From contig CAZMBV010000002.1 of the NCBI GenBank assembly GCA_964564335.1, positions 1-40,537 on the forward strand: DNA of 40,537 bases, read 5' to 3'. Below are positions 26,771 to 35,425 of the stretch, piece after piece (within the stretch, counting starts at the first letter, position 1; every line of letters begins with the position of its first letter). The stretch comes from an uncultured archaeon (GTDB lineage: Archaea; Asgardarchaeota; Thorarchaeia; Thorarchaeales; Thorarchaeaceae). The translations under genes were made by a program, and so were the position numbers. The notes beneath the pieces were generated by a model that had not been told where the DNA came from, made no database searches, and saw only the letters and a list, made by a program, of their open reading frames with translations.

Positions 26771-27036
26771 GTTTGCACCCTCTTGGTGACATGTCTGAAC
26801 GTGACTGTTCAGCCCTCATACAGTAACCTCATTGATTGTGGGTTTTACTGGATGAAACCATCCTTCCAAATGGATACCAACGAGGGGGACAGTCTCCCGA
26901 AAGTAAACGAGATCATTCCGTCTTGCGACAACCGAATTATCATCTTTGTTCAATCAGAATACACTCAAATACTGGAAAACTCAAATAGCGCGATAGTATT
27001 CGATGAGAGAGGATACTAATACTCAGGTGGCAAAAG

Positions 27037-27603
27037 ATGGTCACTGCACTATTCAAAGTTGTACTCATGGGTGACGGAAGCGTCGGAAAGACCAGTCTTC
27101 GTCGAACCTACATGGGCGAAGGTTTCAGAGCTAATTACATGATCACCATCGGAGCGGACTTCGCCGTCAAGAAAATGCAACTTGAAGGTGGACATGATGT
27201 TTCGATACAGATCTGGGATCTCGCAGGTCAGGAGCACTTCAAGAGCGTCCGTTCAACCTTCTACAAAGGAGCTCAAGGTGCACTAGCAGTGTATTCCACA
27301 GTCGAGCGTGGTTCCTTCGACAATCTCATGAACTGGGTAGATGAATGCTGGACTAATGCTGGCAAGAAGATACCAATAGTTCTCATTGCTAACAAGATAG
27401 ACCTTAGAGACCAATTCAAGGATAATCCTGTTATGGCACAGACAATTGTCACAACTGAAGAGGGTCAAAAACTCGCAGCCGATATTGCTAGTCAAGGAGT
27501 AATAACTTCCTTCCTTGAAACAAGTGCAAAAACTGGTATAAATGTAGAAGCCGCTTTCTTGGAATTAGCAATCAAGATCCTTGAAGCTGGCGGTCTCGCC
27601 TAG
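27037..27603 (+). CDS. Rab/Ras-like small GTPase without a C-terminal prenylation Cys
   Basis: G1 is LMGDGSVGKTSL, switch I is TIGADF, G3 is WDLAGQE, G4 is NKIDL and G5 is ETSAKTGINVEAAF. FYKGAQGAL is Rab-like. AGGTGG lies upstream of the ATG. Confidence 0.85.
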   Translation: MVTALFKVVLMGDGSVGKTSLRRTYMGEGFRANYMITIGADFAVKKMQLEGGHDVSIQIWDLAGQEHFKSVRSTFYKGAQGALAVYSTVERGSFDNLMNWVDECWTNAGKKIPIVLIANKIDLRDQFKDNPVMAQTIVTTEEGQKLAADIASQGVITSFLETSAKTGINVEAAFLELAIKILEAGGLA

Positions 27604-27606
27604 GAT

Positions 27607-28833
27607 TCATTCGTCGTTTAAATTGACAATATCTAAATCTCTTAGAATAGTTCCAAAGAGATCACTTGCTGCAGAATGAAGTATCTCATTATTGTTGGAG
27701 TGAATATCCAACCGTAATTTTGAGATACTATCCCCTTTGTTTCCAACCACAGTTAGTGTGATTGCAAGTTGAGTTTCTGAATAATTGCTCTTTGCCATTC
27801 CTGCAATGACCCCCATGAATGTGTTTTCACGTTCCATATTCTCATTCTGAAAGATGTAGAGATTCTTGTTTTCCATAATAGTATGCAATGCTCGATAGAG
27901 ATTTCTTGCCTCAGCACTAACTGTATGTTCCCTATTCCATTGTTCCATATCTGACTTCATATGGATAAACTCGTCAGCACCCATTTTTAATGGACTAAAT
28001 TGACTATAGATAGATCTGATGAATACATTACCTGCTTTTGCCGCTAGATCCTCTCCACTATCATCAACAAGGCGCACAGATGTTATGATTTCTCCCTCAA
28101 TGCACTCCCCTTGTATATTGAATCCAAAAATCAAAGAACCTGCATTATCTGGTTGTATCTCCTCAATGAATTGTGTTAGCGAATCCATTGGACTGAGACA
28201 TTCATTTGGATATGCAAGAATAGAAACGCTCACTTCGAAAATTGGAGAGTCCCCCTCATTCTTGATAGTTATTCCGTATTCCAAACTATCGGGTGTTATT
28301 GTATAATCGTTTATAACAAGTACATCATCTGTTGTTCGAAGAGGGATTGCATCCGTTTCTAGAAGGATATCTGTGGGATTCTCTTTTGATTTTGGAATGT
28401 ATGCTCCCACAGGAGCCTCTTCACCATAAATCTGCAACCATCTAAGTGCAAAGCCGACGGTCTCTCTAACACTCTCTGTATTGTCTCCCATATATTTCTC
28501 CAATATAGGGATTGCATCAAGTCTTCGTGTGAATGCTAACATTCCTGCAGCAGCAGCTCGAACTTGAGGACTATCGTCATTAAGAGCAATATCAAGGCAC
28601 TCAAATCCATCTTTCCCCCATTCACCTAGTTTGCAGACTGCCAGAAGTTTGATATCCTCATCCCCAGTGAGAGCAGCATCCTTAGTAGCTTGAATACTTG
28701 TGATCTGCTCTAACATGACTGTAATTTCGTCATCAGACGACTTCAGAACTTGTTTTACAGCCTTCCGTAACCGATTAAGTGATTCCCCACCACCCATAGC
28801 TCGTGACAAGTTTCTATCTGTCTTTCTAGACAA
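27607..28833 (-). CDS. HEAT-repeat (PBS-lyase HEAT-like) protein with a beta-rich middle region and an alpha/beta C-terminal region of unknown function
   Basis: 408-aa ORF with a TTG start. HEAT units include NDDSPQVRAAAAGMLAFTRRLDAIPILEKYMGDNTESVRETVGFALRWL. The remainder has no motif I recognise. Confidence 0.6.
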   Translation of the reverse strand: MSRKTDRNLSRAMGGGESLNRLRKAVKQVLKSSDDEITVMLEQITSIQATKDAALTGDEDIKLLAVCKLGEWGKDGFECLDIALNDDSPQVRAAAAGMLAFTRRLDAIPILEKYMGDNTESVRETVGFALRWLQIYGEEAPVGAYIPKSKENPTDILLETDAIPLRTTDDVLVINDYTITPDSLEYGITIKNEGDSPIFEVSVSILAYPNECLSPMDSLTQFIEEIQPDNAGSLIFGFNIQGECIEGEIITSVRLVDDSGEDLAAKAGNVFIRSIYSQFSPLKMGADEFIHMKSDMEQWNREHTVSAEARNLYRALHTIMENKNLYIFQNENMERENTFMGVIAGMAKSNYSETQLAITLTVVGNKGDSISKLRLDIHSNNNEILHSAASDLFGTILRDLDIVNLNDE

Positions 28834-28971
28834 AGTCTACCCTCTTGAAAACCTGCAACCTCGAACCATTTAATCATTGTTCTTATTCTGCAGACATCGT
28901 ACCTATTCATGCTGTACTCGCAACACTTTTACGTATTATAAAGTTCGGCACCTTACGAACCAGCCATGTGA

Positions 28972-30105
28972 GTGAACCCTATGGAAACCCAAGAACAGAC
29001 TATCTTCTTGAAACCAACAATCCTCAAACCACAGGCAGAACATGGTGCAGATATCACGCGACGTTTTGCAATGAATCGCGTTGGGCGCATGTTTGCAGCT
29101 GCACTTCAAGATAGGAGCATTCGTCTTTATGCTGCTGAAGACGCAGAGGAAATGCAGCTTATGCAAGATGATTTTCTCAGCACATCTCTTGCATTTAGTC
29201 CGAGGGGAGATATAGTTGCCTCTGGAACTGTTGAACGTGTTGTGAAACTCTGGGATATTCGTACGGGCGAATGTGTCGGAACTCTTGAAGGTCATACATA
29301 TCCTGTTCTCTCATTAGCATTCTCTCCAGATGGTAGTAAGCTTGTATCCGGTAGTGGTGATACAACTCTGATCATTTGGGATATGGAAAATCAATCAAAG
29401 ATTCGCCAAATGAAGGGGCATGGGTTCTACGTTGTTGCTGTTGATTGGGATCCAAATGACAATAGAATTGTTTCTGGCTCAGTCGACGCAAACATTTGCG
29501 AGTGGGATTCAAATAATGGTGAGATTATTGCACGTCACTCTGAACATCGAACAGCAGTGAGGGAAGTGCGATTCAACCCTGACGGTTCAAAACTAATTTC
29601 TGGTTCCTCTGACCTGACCATGGTGCTATGGGACTCTACATTCAAACCTATGAAAGTCGATGGAACTCTTCAAGCTCACGAGAGCGAAGTTCGTGCTCTT
29701 GGCTTTAGTCATGATGGGAAATATCTTGCATCTGGGTCATCTGACAAGACAATATTACTTTGGGATATGGATACTCTTCAGGTTCAAGGCCAAGCCTCAA
29801 CAATGGGTGAAATCGATGGGATCGAATGGTATCCAAATCGACACGCGTTCATTTCATCTGATGGTACAGGGGCGATTCTTCGATGGGAAGTTGAAGATAT
29901 GGGTGCAATGTTGAAACCCTTTCAAGACTTACTTGCTGAGATAGAAACTGCAAATGATCCAAATCGACGTGATGAATTCATTCAAAAATTTGACGAGATT
30001 TGTGGACAATATGATGCAGCTACACTACAGACAAAGAATATGTTTTATGCTATCTGGCAATGCAAACGTGCGTTAGGACTACTCAAGGGCAGCATTAAAA
30101 AATAA
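28972..30105 (+). CDS. WD40 beta-propeller protein with a short C-terminal helical extension
   Basis: Repeated GH...S(L/V)AFSPDG..L(V/A)SGS.D.T(I/L)..WD units, for example GHTYPVLSLAFSPDGSKLVSGSGDTTLIIWD and AHESEVRALGFSHDGKYLASGSSDKTILLWD. The start is GTG 28972 or ATG 28981. Confidence 0.85.
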   Translation: MNPMETQEQTIFLKPTILKPQAEHGADITRRFAMNRVGRMFAAALQDRSIRLYAAEDAEEMQLMQDDFLSTSLAFSPRGDIVASGTVERVVKLWDIRTGECVGTLEGHTYPVLSLAFSPDGSKLVSGSGDTTLIIWDMENQSKIRQMKGHGFYVVAVDWDPNDNRIVSGSVDANICEWDSNNGEIIARHSEHRTAVREVRFNPDGSKLISGSSDLTMVLWDSTFKPMKVDGTLQAHESEVRALGFSHDGKYLASGSSDKTILLWDMDTLQVQGQASTMGEIDGIEWYPNRHAFISSDGTGAILRWEVEDMGAMLKPFQDLLAEIETANDPNRRDEFIQKFDEICGQYDAATLQTKNMFYAIWQCKRALGLLKGSIKK

Positions 30106-30109
30106 GATA

Positions 30110-30658
30110 TTAGAACATAGGTTCCTTCGGAGCCGATTTTGATTCCTTAATCATTTTCTTACAGAGATTGACATAGGCTTCTTCTACATTCTCTCCAGTT
30201 AGTGCACTCGATTCAACGTAGATGAATCCATTCTCTTTTGCATAGGCTTGTCCATCTTTTTTAGTAACTGCTCTACTTTCTACCAAATCTATTTTGTTAG
30301 CAACAACAACAAGAGGAATTTCTTTTCCAGTGTTTACGAAGGTTTCCTCCTTCCATCTATCAATATTGAGAAACGTTCTCCGTCTTGTTACATCATAGAG
30401 GAGGAGACCGCCTCTTGCTCCACGGTAGAAACCCTGACGCACAAACTCGAATCGCGGTTGTCCTGCAAGGTCCCAACATTGCAACGTGATCTGAGCATCG
30501 ATGTCAGGAATCTCTAGTCGCTTAACTGCAAAGTCTGCGCCTATGGTCCGTTTGTAATCAGAGTCAAAAGTGTTCTGAGTGAACCTAGTGGTCATCGCGG
30601 TCTTTCCAACTGCACCGTCTCCTAACATCACAATTTTGAAACGGAATTCCGCGCTCAT
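30110..30658 (-). CDS. Rab/Ras-like small GTPase without a C-terminal prenylation Cys
   Basis: G1 is MLGDGAVGKTAM, switch I is TIGADF, G3 is WDLAGQP, G4 is NKIDL and G5 is SSALTGENVEEAY. FYRGARGGL is Rab-like. Confidence 0.85.
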   Translation of the reverse strand: MSAEFRFKIVMLGDGAVGKTAMTTRFTQNTFDSDYKRTIGADFAVKRLEIPDIDAQITLQCWDLAGQPRFEFVRQGFYRGARGGLLLYDVTRRRTFLNIDRWKEETFVNTGKEIPLVVVANKIDLVESRAVTKKDGQAYAKENGFIYVESSALTGENVEEAYVNLCKKMIKESKSAPKEPMF

Positions 30659-30791
30659 TTGAATAAGCTCCTAATCATTTGAAAGGGTGCAAGCTCATTT
30701 AAATCTCTACTGTGAATGAAGACAGTCTCACATGATTTAATAGGGAAACGCGCAAATTGACAATCAGTCCCTAGTTTGATGGTGCATTTTA
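30659..30791. promoter_or_regulatory. Shared divergent promoter region of GTPase 2 and the Roadblock gene, with two TATA-like boxes
   Basis: TTTAAAT (30698-30704) lies about 40 nt from the GTPase ATG on the minus strand. TTTAATA (30736-30742) lies about 50 nt before the Roadblock ATG. Both are A/T-rich boxes of archaeal TATA type. No experimental support. Confidence 0.3.
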
Positions 30792-31175
30792 ATGGAACGA
30801 CCTGACTATCGCGAACTCCCAAAGATCTTAGAACGAATGAACAAAGAGGGTGGATACTCCGCTTCAGTTCTTGCTAGAGGCCAAGGCCTTCTTGTTGCCT
30901 CCGCAACATCCCCTACGACAAATCAAGATGTTGTGGCTGCGATGTGTGGTATAATTGCTGATGTGGCAGAGCGAGTTAGGAAGGAGCTTGCACTTGGAGA
31001 TGTTCGTGACATCAGTCTTAGATGTGCTATGGGCAAAGCTGTATTCAAGAGAGTTGGTGCACGCGGAGACGATGTGCTCATTATCGGTGCTATTATGCCT
31101 AAGAACGTGCGTTATCATTCACGCGCAATTGGTAAAGCAACTACAGGCATTCGAAAACTCATGGGATACAAATAG
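30792..31175 (+). CDS. Roadblock/LC7 (MglB-like) domain protein
   Basis: 127-aa ORF with the Roadblock pattern: GGYSASVLARGQGLLVASATSP...DVVAAMCGIIADVAERVRKELALGDVRDISLRCAMGKAVFKRVG...DVLIIGAIM. Confidence 0.75.
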   Translation: MERPDYRELPKILERMNKEGGYSASVLARGQGLLVASATSPTTNQDVVAAMCGIIADVAERVRKELALGDVRDISLRCAMGKAVFKRVGARGDDVLIIGAIMPKNVRYHSRAIGKATTGIRKLMGYK

Positions 31176-31215
31176 CATAATCCGCGTCTTACACATCCTC
31201 AAAACATTCAAGTGA

Positions 31216-31224
31216 TTTATTTTT
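31216..31224 (+). promoter_or_regulatory. TTTATTTTT box between the Roadblock and thioredoxin-fold genes; either a terminator T-tract or a TATA box
   Basis: Lies 41 nt after the Roadblock stop and 41 nt before TTG 31265. AGGAG at about 31250 precedes that start. Confidence 0.25.
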
Positions 31225-31264
31225 CATCAGACAGTACTACTAGTCAGCCCTAGGAGAATACGCC

Positions 31265-31591
31265 TTGAACACTGAGCAGGATGAAACTGTATCAGAGGAA
31301 GACGATGATAGGATAGAAGTCGTCTTATTCAAATCTGATACATGCGCTTTTTGTCCAAGGGCTGAGGAAGTGATTCGAGAAACGATTGAAGACTTTGGTC
31401 CCAACACCTTCAAACTAAACATCATCAATGTGAGTGAGAATCCAGATTTAGCAGAGAAGTATGGTATCTTTGCACTACCTACTGTGATGATTTCTGGGGT
31501 ATCAATCACTGGAATCCCTGAACCTGATATGTTGATGAAGATGATACTTGGTGCTAAAGTAATATCAATGAAAAAGGATGAGTCCAAATGA
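31265..31591 (+). CDS. Thioredoxin-fold / glutaredoxin-like small protein (CxxC = CAFC)
   Basis: TTG start. Sequence is VVLFKSDTCAFCPRAEEVIRE...NPDLAEKYGIFALPTVMISG. ATGA overlap with the downstream KaiC-like gene. Confidence 0.7.
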   Translation: MNTEQDETVSEEDDDRIEVVLFKSDTCAFCPRAEEVIRETIEDFGPNTFKLNIINVSENPDLAEKYGIFALPTVMISGVSITGIPEPDMLMKMILGAKVISMKKDESK

Positions 31592-32334
31592 GCGACTATG
31601 AAATTGAAAGAGTAAAAACAGGTATTACTGGTCTTGATGAGCTGATAGAGGGTGGTTTCCCACGCGGGGACACCATACTGATTGCTGGTAAGGCAGGAAC
31701 AGGCAAGAGTATTCTTGCAACACAGTTCATCTACAAGGGTGCCACTGACTACGATGAACCTGGTGTGTTTGTCACATTGGAAGAACCACCTCACCTGATT
31801 AAACGAAACATGCTTAGGTTTGGTATGGATTTGGAGGCGCTCATCAAACAAGGCAAGATTTCCATTGTTGACCTTTCTCCATCCAAAGAAATAACCCCGG
31901 TAACAATTGGTGAATATCCAAGTTTCGATCTTTCGGGACTGCAAGCCATTATCATGAACCACATCAAGAAAATAGGTGCCAAGCGGGTTGTTTTGGATAC
32001 TCTATCAATCATGGCATACAAATTCAGAAGTCGTGATATACTTCGTGAAGAATTCTTTAAACTCGCTGCCATGATAACAAGAACTGGATGTACACTCATT
32101 ATCACAAGTGAGATTCCTGCTCAAGATCATGGTTTGGGTGTTTTTGATATCGAAGCGTTTTTGGCTTCAGGTGTCATTGTGCTCTACAATGAGAAAATTT
32201 CCAACACATCACGTTCTCGTTCAATAGAAGTACTCAAATTGAGGGGTTCAAAACACAGTTCAAGAATTCACTCCATGAGGATTACAGACGAAGGTATAAG
32301 AGTGTGGCCTGGTGAAATAAGTCCAGGACATTGA
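31588..32334 (+). CDS. KaiC-like / RecA-superfamily ATPase (single domain)
   Basis: TGITGLDELIEGGFPRGDTILIAGKAGTGKSILATQFIYKG contains the Walker A motif. Walker B is RVVLDTLS. VLKLRGSKHS is typical of archaeal KaiC homologs. Confidence 0.8.
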   Translation: MSDYEIERVKTGITGLDELIEGGFPRGDTILIAGKAGTGKSILATQFIYKGATDYDEPGVFVTLEEPPHLIKRNMLRFGMDLEALIKQGKISIVDLSPSKEITPVTIGEYPSFDLSGLQAIIMNHIKKIGAKRVVLDTLSIMAYKFRSRDILREEFFKLAAMITRTGCTLIITSEIPAQDHGLGVFDIEAFLASGVIVLYNEKISNTSRSRSIEVLKLRGSKHSSRIHSMRITDEGIRVWPGEISPGH

Positions 32335-32344
32335 TAACTAGGAT

Positions 32345-33058
32345 GTGAACAAGACGAACAGTTCAGGTGGAACCGCCCCAACTCCTGCAAGGGCAAGTCC
32401 TATGATCAGCGAATTGGTCAAATTCGGCCAGCTGACACAGGTTTCCTACATGTTAGTAGGTCCACTTGGTTCAGGTAAGACTACTTATGCTGAGGCTTTT
32501 CTTGCTGAAGGTATAGCTCAGGGATTTCCAGCTGTTTTTGTAACAACAGATGTTTCTCCTAGAGTAATTCGAAATGATATGAGTCGACACGGGTGGACTA
32601 CTGAAATTCAAGAAGCATCCGGTCAGTTTGTCTTTATTGATGGATATTCTGAGCGCATGGGTGCACCAAAAACAGGATCCGCTCGTTCTTTAGCTAAAGT
32701 TGATGATATCAGTGAATTGGGAATAGTCCTATCAGAAGTTTTAGAGGATCTCGTTGTAGCTCGAATTGTAATTGATAGTCTCTCAACACTAATTCTTCAC
32801 TCTAACGAAGCGACCATGCCACGAGCTGTACAACGTCTTAGTGGGAGGGTCACGCAGAGTTCCCACAGTATCATGTATGTTCTAGAAGAAGGAGTTCATG
32901 ATGAGAAGACATATGCAACATTCTCCTATCTAGCAGATGCAGTTCTACGATTTCGCATTAATGATAGTGGAAATCTCCCTAAACATGAAGTTCGAATGGA
33001 AAGGATGCGTGGAACAGAAACATCTCGCGAATGGCATGATTTTGTGATTGAGCGATAG
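32345..33058 (+). CDS. Second, more divergent KaiC/RecA-superfamily ATPase
   Basis: Walker A is MLVGPLGSGKTTYAEAFLAEG and Walker B is RIVIDSLS. MERMRGTE corresponds to the KaiC-like LK.RG motif. The start is GTG 32345 or an internal ATG (MISELVKF). Confidence 0.65.
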   Translation: MNKTNSSGGTAPTPARASPMISELVKFGQLTQVSYMLVGPLGSGKTTYAEAFLAEGIAQGFPAVFVTTDVSPRVIRNDMSRHGWTTEIQEASGQFVFIDGYSERMGAPKTGSARSLAKVDDISELGIVLSEVLEDLVVARIVIDSLSTLILHSNEATMPRAVQRLSGRVTQSSHSIMYVLEEGVHDEKTYATFSYLADAVLRFRINDSGNLPKHEVRMERMRGTETSREWHDFVIER

Positions 33059-33119
33059 TTTTCTGTGAAACTTTTAAAGCGGTAGGTACTGATTTTTCTA
33101 GAGTAAGGAGCGAGTATTT

Positions 33120-35417
33120 GTGGAGTCTATACTTCAAGCAATACTGAGAGATATCTTGATTGCACGTCTCTCGCTTGATGATGGATTATCTAAAATTCAA
33201 GGAATCTCCTTTCGGAACCCCGAAGAAGCTAATGTGTTATTTGATATTGCTCGAGCAATTGAGGAGATAATCCTTCGTCGCCCTGGACTTGCAAATGCAA
33301 AGCTGACCGAGTTAGCTGTAAGAATGTCATTCAACGAGAATAGGGTACTTCCAGAAATGTTAATCCTTCTTGATACACGATATACGAATAGTTACAGAAG
33401 AGCTGAATGTGAACTTCTACCTGATCTCGAAGCACTTCCGCGTCTGATTGATATTCTTGGTGAATTGTCTCAAGCAATTAATTCAACGATTCGTTTGAAT
33501 CTCCGTCCTGTTCTTCCTTTCTTGAGTGATGAAGTGTTAATGGTACTAAATGCAATCTATGATCGTCGGCATGATGCCACTATTTCATTGGCGCTTCACG
33601 AGGTTCATTATCTTGCATGGATACTAGTTGAAGCTGGATTCTTTGAAGGTTCTGAATTACTTCTGAATAGATTGATTGAGATAACAAATGAAATTGGTGA
33701 TGACGAGCTCACGTTTGAAGTCACCTTTGATTATACCTGTGTTCTAACAGAATTGAAAATGTTTAATGAGTCCAGGAATATTCTCAATGATTTGGAGAAG
33801 TACGCACGACGAAGTAAAGATTCTCTCAAGCTTGCAGAAGTCACACTTCAACAGGGAGTGAATGAAACCCGTGATGATACTGTTGATTTTAATGTGGCTC
33901 GAAAGCTTGGGGATAAATCTTCAGAATTTTATGATATTGCTCTAAAAGCTGGTTTAGTCAATCGTGATGAAGTGGGTCTTGCGCATTTAGTGATTGGTTC
34001 AAATATTCTTGTGAATGGCTGGAGAGAAGGAGTTTCTAATGCTGTTGAACGATTAGAACTTGGCTTAAAACTCTATGATAGTATTGAGAACAAGACCCCC
34101 CACCAAATGATTCATGTTTTCCGAACATTAGCTGGGCTTGGCTTTGCTCATGGATTAATGAGCGATCACGAAAATATGAGCAAGGCAATCGAGTACCTCT
34201 CCCATGCTAGAGATATCCTGGAGCAGTATAAGGATTCTATCTCCAATTACGAAATTGAGTTATCACGAGTCGAGAATGCTATTGGTTGGTTATGCCTTTC
34301 TACAGAATCCGATGAGTTCTGGGAATTGGGTATTCAAGCTTTCAAACGTACTGTAAAAATTAGGGAAAAATTACTGACTAGTGGGCAAATCTCTGATATA
34401 GAAATTCTTGGGACACGAATGGGTCTTGCATTGTCAAAGATGCGTTCTGCAGAACGTACTGATACTGATGATTCTCAAGAACCAATTCGGGATATTATCG
34501 GACAATATGTACCTCTATTTCCGACTGACTCGCGAGCATACGAAGAGATAGCAATCTCAACCTTTGACCTTGTTTGGCTTCTTGCGCGCCACGGTGGACA
34601 TTTACCTGCACGACTACGTAGGCTCTTGGATGATATTGATAGAATGCTGGAGGATACAGAAACAGATTCGATATTCATACAAGGGGTGTCTCTAGTTTTT
34701 CCATATTTAGAAAATTCTTGGAATACACTTCTTGAACGTTCAAAGATAATGAGTACTAGTTCGAGCCATCTTGCAGATGTTGCTAAACTTATTGCCGCAT
34801 TTGCTGTTTCAAAGATTAATCTCGAAGTACTGAATGTAGAACTTAGCGCTAGAGTCAAACCTGCTGTTGATGATGAAGTGGTCAGGGTTGATGCCTTACT
34901 TGCACAGTATTGGTTGGGTCAGACTTACCTTATTCAAACTATCCGAGCCTTTTACGATAACAAGGACTATTCCGATTTGGCTTCTGGTCTATATGCAGCA
35001 GCAATAGCATTTAACGAAGTACTTGACATTGAATCTGATTTTGGAGAATCAGTTGAATTCATCAAAGCTACATCAGCGTCAATGTTTCAGATGTTACGAA
35101 AATTCTCATTAACCTTGGAGAATCAATATGCAGCGTACATAGATCGATCCAAATTCTCTGGAATATTAACCAATACTGATGATGCTCAATACACTTTCAT
35201 TCTTGCAGAAGACTGGCTAGGCCTCGTTAAAATTGCAAATGCGTACCTACAGATGGTTGAACAATCTGAGATGGTTGAAGCTCAACCCTATCTCAACGCT
35301 GTATTCTCCAATATCACTCGAGCACTACGGATGATGGATGCAGTATCTCTAGTTGACAGACGAGTTTTAGCACTTCTTGGAGCAGAAATGAATCGACGAT
35401 ATTATCTGAGAATGTGA
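33120..35417 (+). CDS. Hypothetical 765-aa, apparently all-alpha (TPR-like/helical repeat) protein
   Basis: Long ORF with a GTG start and AAGGAG upstream. The composition is Leu/Ala/Glu/Arg-rich and amphipathic throughout. I see no catalytic or TM motif. Confidence 0.55.
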   Translation: MESILQAILRDILIARLSLDDGLSKIQGISFRNPEEANVLFDIARAIEEIILRRPGLANAKLTELAVRMSFNENRVLPEMLILLDTRYTNSYRRAECELLPDLEALPRLIDILGELSQAINSTIRLNLRPVLPFLSDEVLMVLNAIYDRRHDATISLALHEVHYLAWILVEAGFFEGSELLLNRLIEITNEIGDDELTFEVTFDYTCVLTELKMFNESRNILNDLEKYARRSKDSLKLAEVTLQQGVNETRDDTVDFNVARKLGDKSSEFYDIALKAGLVNRDEVGLAHLVIGSNILVNGWREGVSNAVERLELGLKLYDSIENKTPHQMIHVFRTLAGLGFAHGLMSDHENMSKAIEYLSHARDILEQYKDSISNYEIELSRVENAIGWLCLSTESDEFWELGIQAFKRTVKIREKLLTSGQISDIEILGTRMGLALSKMRSAERTDTDDSQEPIRDIIGQYVPLFPTDSRAYEEIAISTFDLVWLLARHGGHLPARLRRLLDDIDRMLEDTETDSIFIQGVSLVFPYLENSWNTLLERSKIMSTSSSHLADVAKLIAAFAVSKINLEVLNVELSARVKPAVDDEVVRVDALLAQYWLGQTYLIQTIRAFYDNKDYSDLASGLYAAAIAFNEVLDIESDFGESVEFIKATSASMFQMLRKFSLTLENQYAAYIDRSKFSGILTNTDDAQYTFILAEDWLGLVKIANAYLQMVEQSEMVEAQPYLNAVFSNITRALRMMDAVSLVDRRVLALLGAEMNRRYYLRM

Positions 35418-35425
35418 CTTTCCTC

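Noticed and set aside
26488-26789. Two plus-strand ORFs (82 and 95 aa) overlapping the 91-aa minus-strand ORF, plus a 118-aa ORF at 26663-27019
   Set aside because: Only the minus-strand ORF is start/stop-coupled to polB. The plus-strand ORFs lack ribosome-binding sites and would run head-on into polB. This remains unverified.
26795-26812. A small hairpin, CTGAAC-gtgact-GTTCAG, upstream of the 91-aa ORF, and a GGGGGAC-ag-TCTCCC-like stem at about 26884-26898, considered as possible sRNA or C/D-box elements
   Set aside because: The stems are only 6 bp. No C (RUGAUGA) or D (CUGA) box pair sits at the proper spacing. The region is a divergent promoter where such short palindromes are expected by chance.
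31240-31962. A 240-aa minus-strand ORF overlapping the thioredoxin-fold and KaiC-like genes
   Set aside because: The opposite-strand genes have clear CxxC and Walker A/B motifs and ATGA coupling. The minus-strand translation has no recognisable features.
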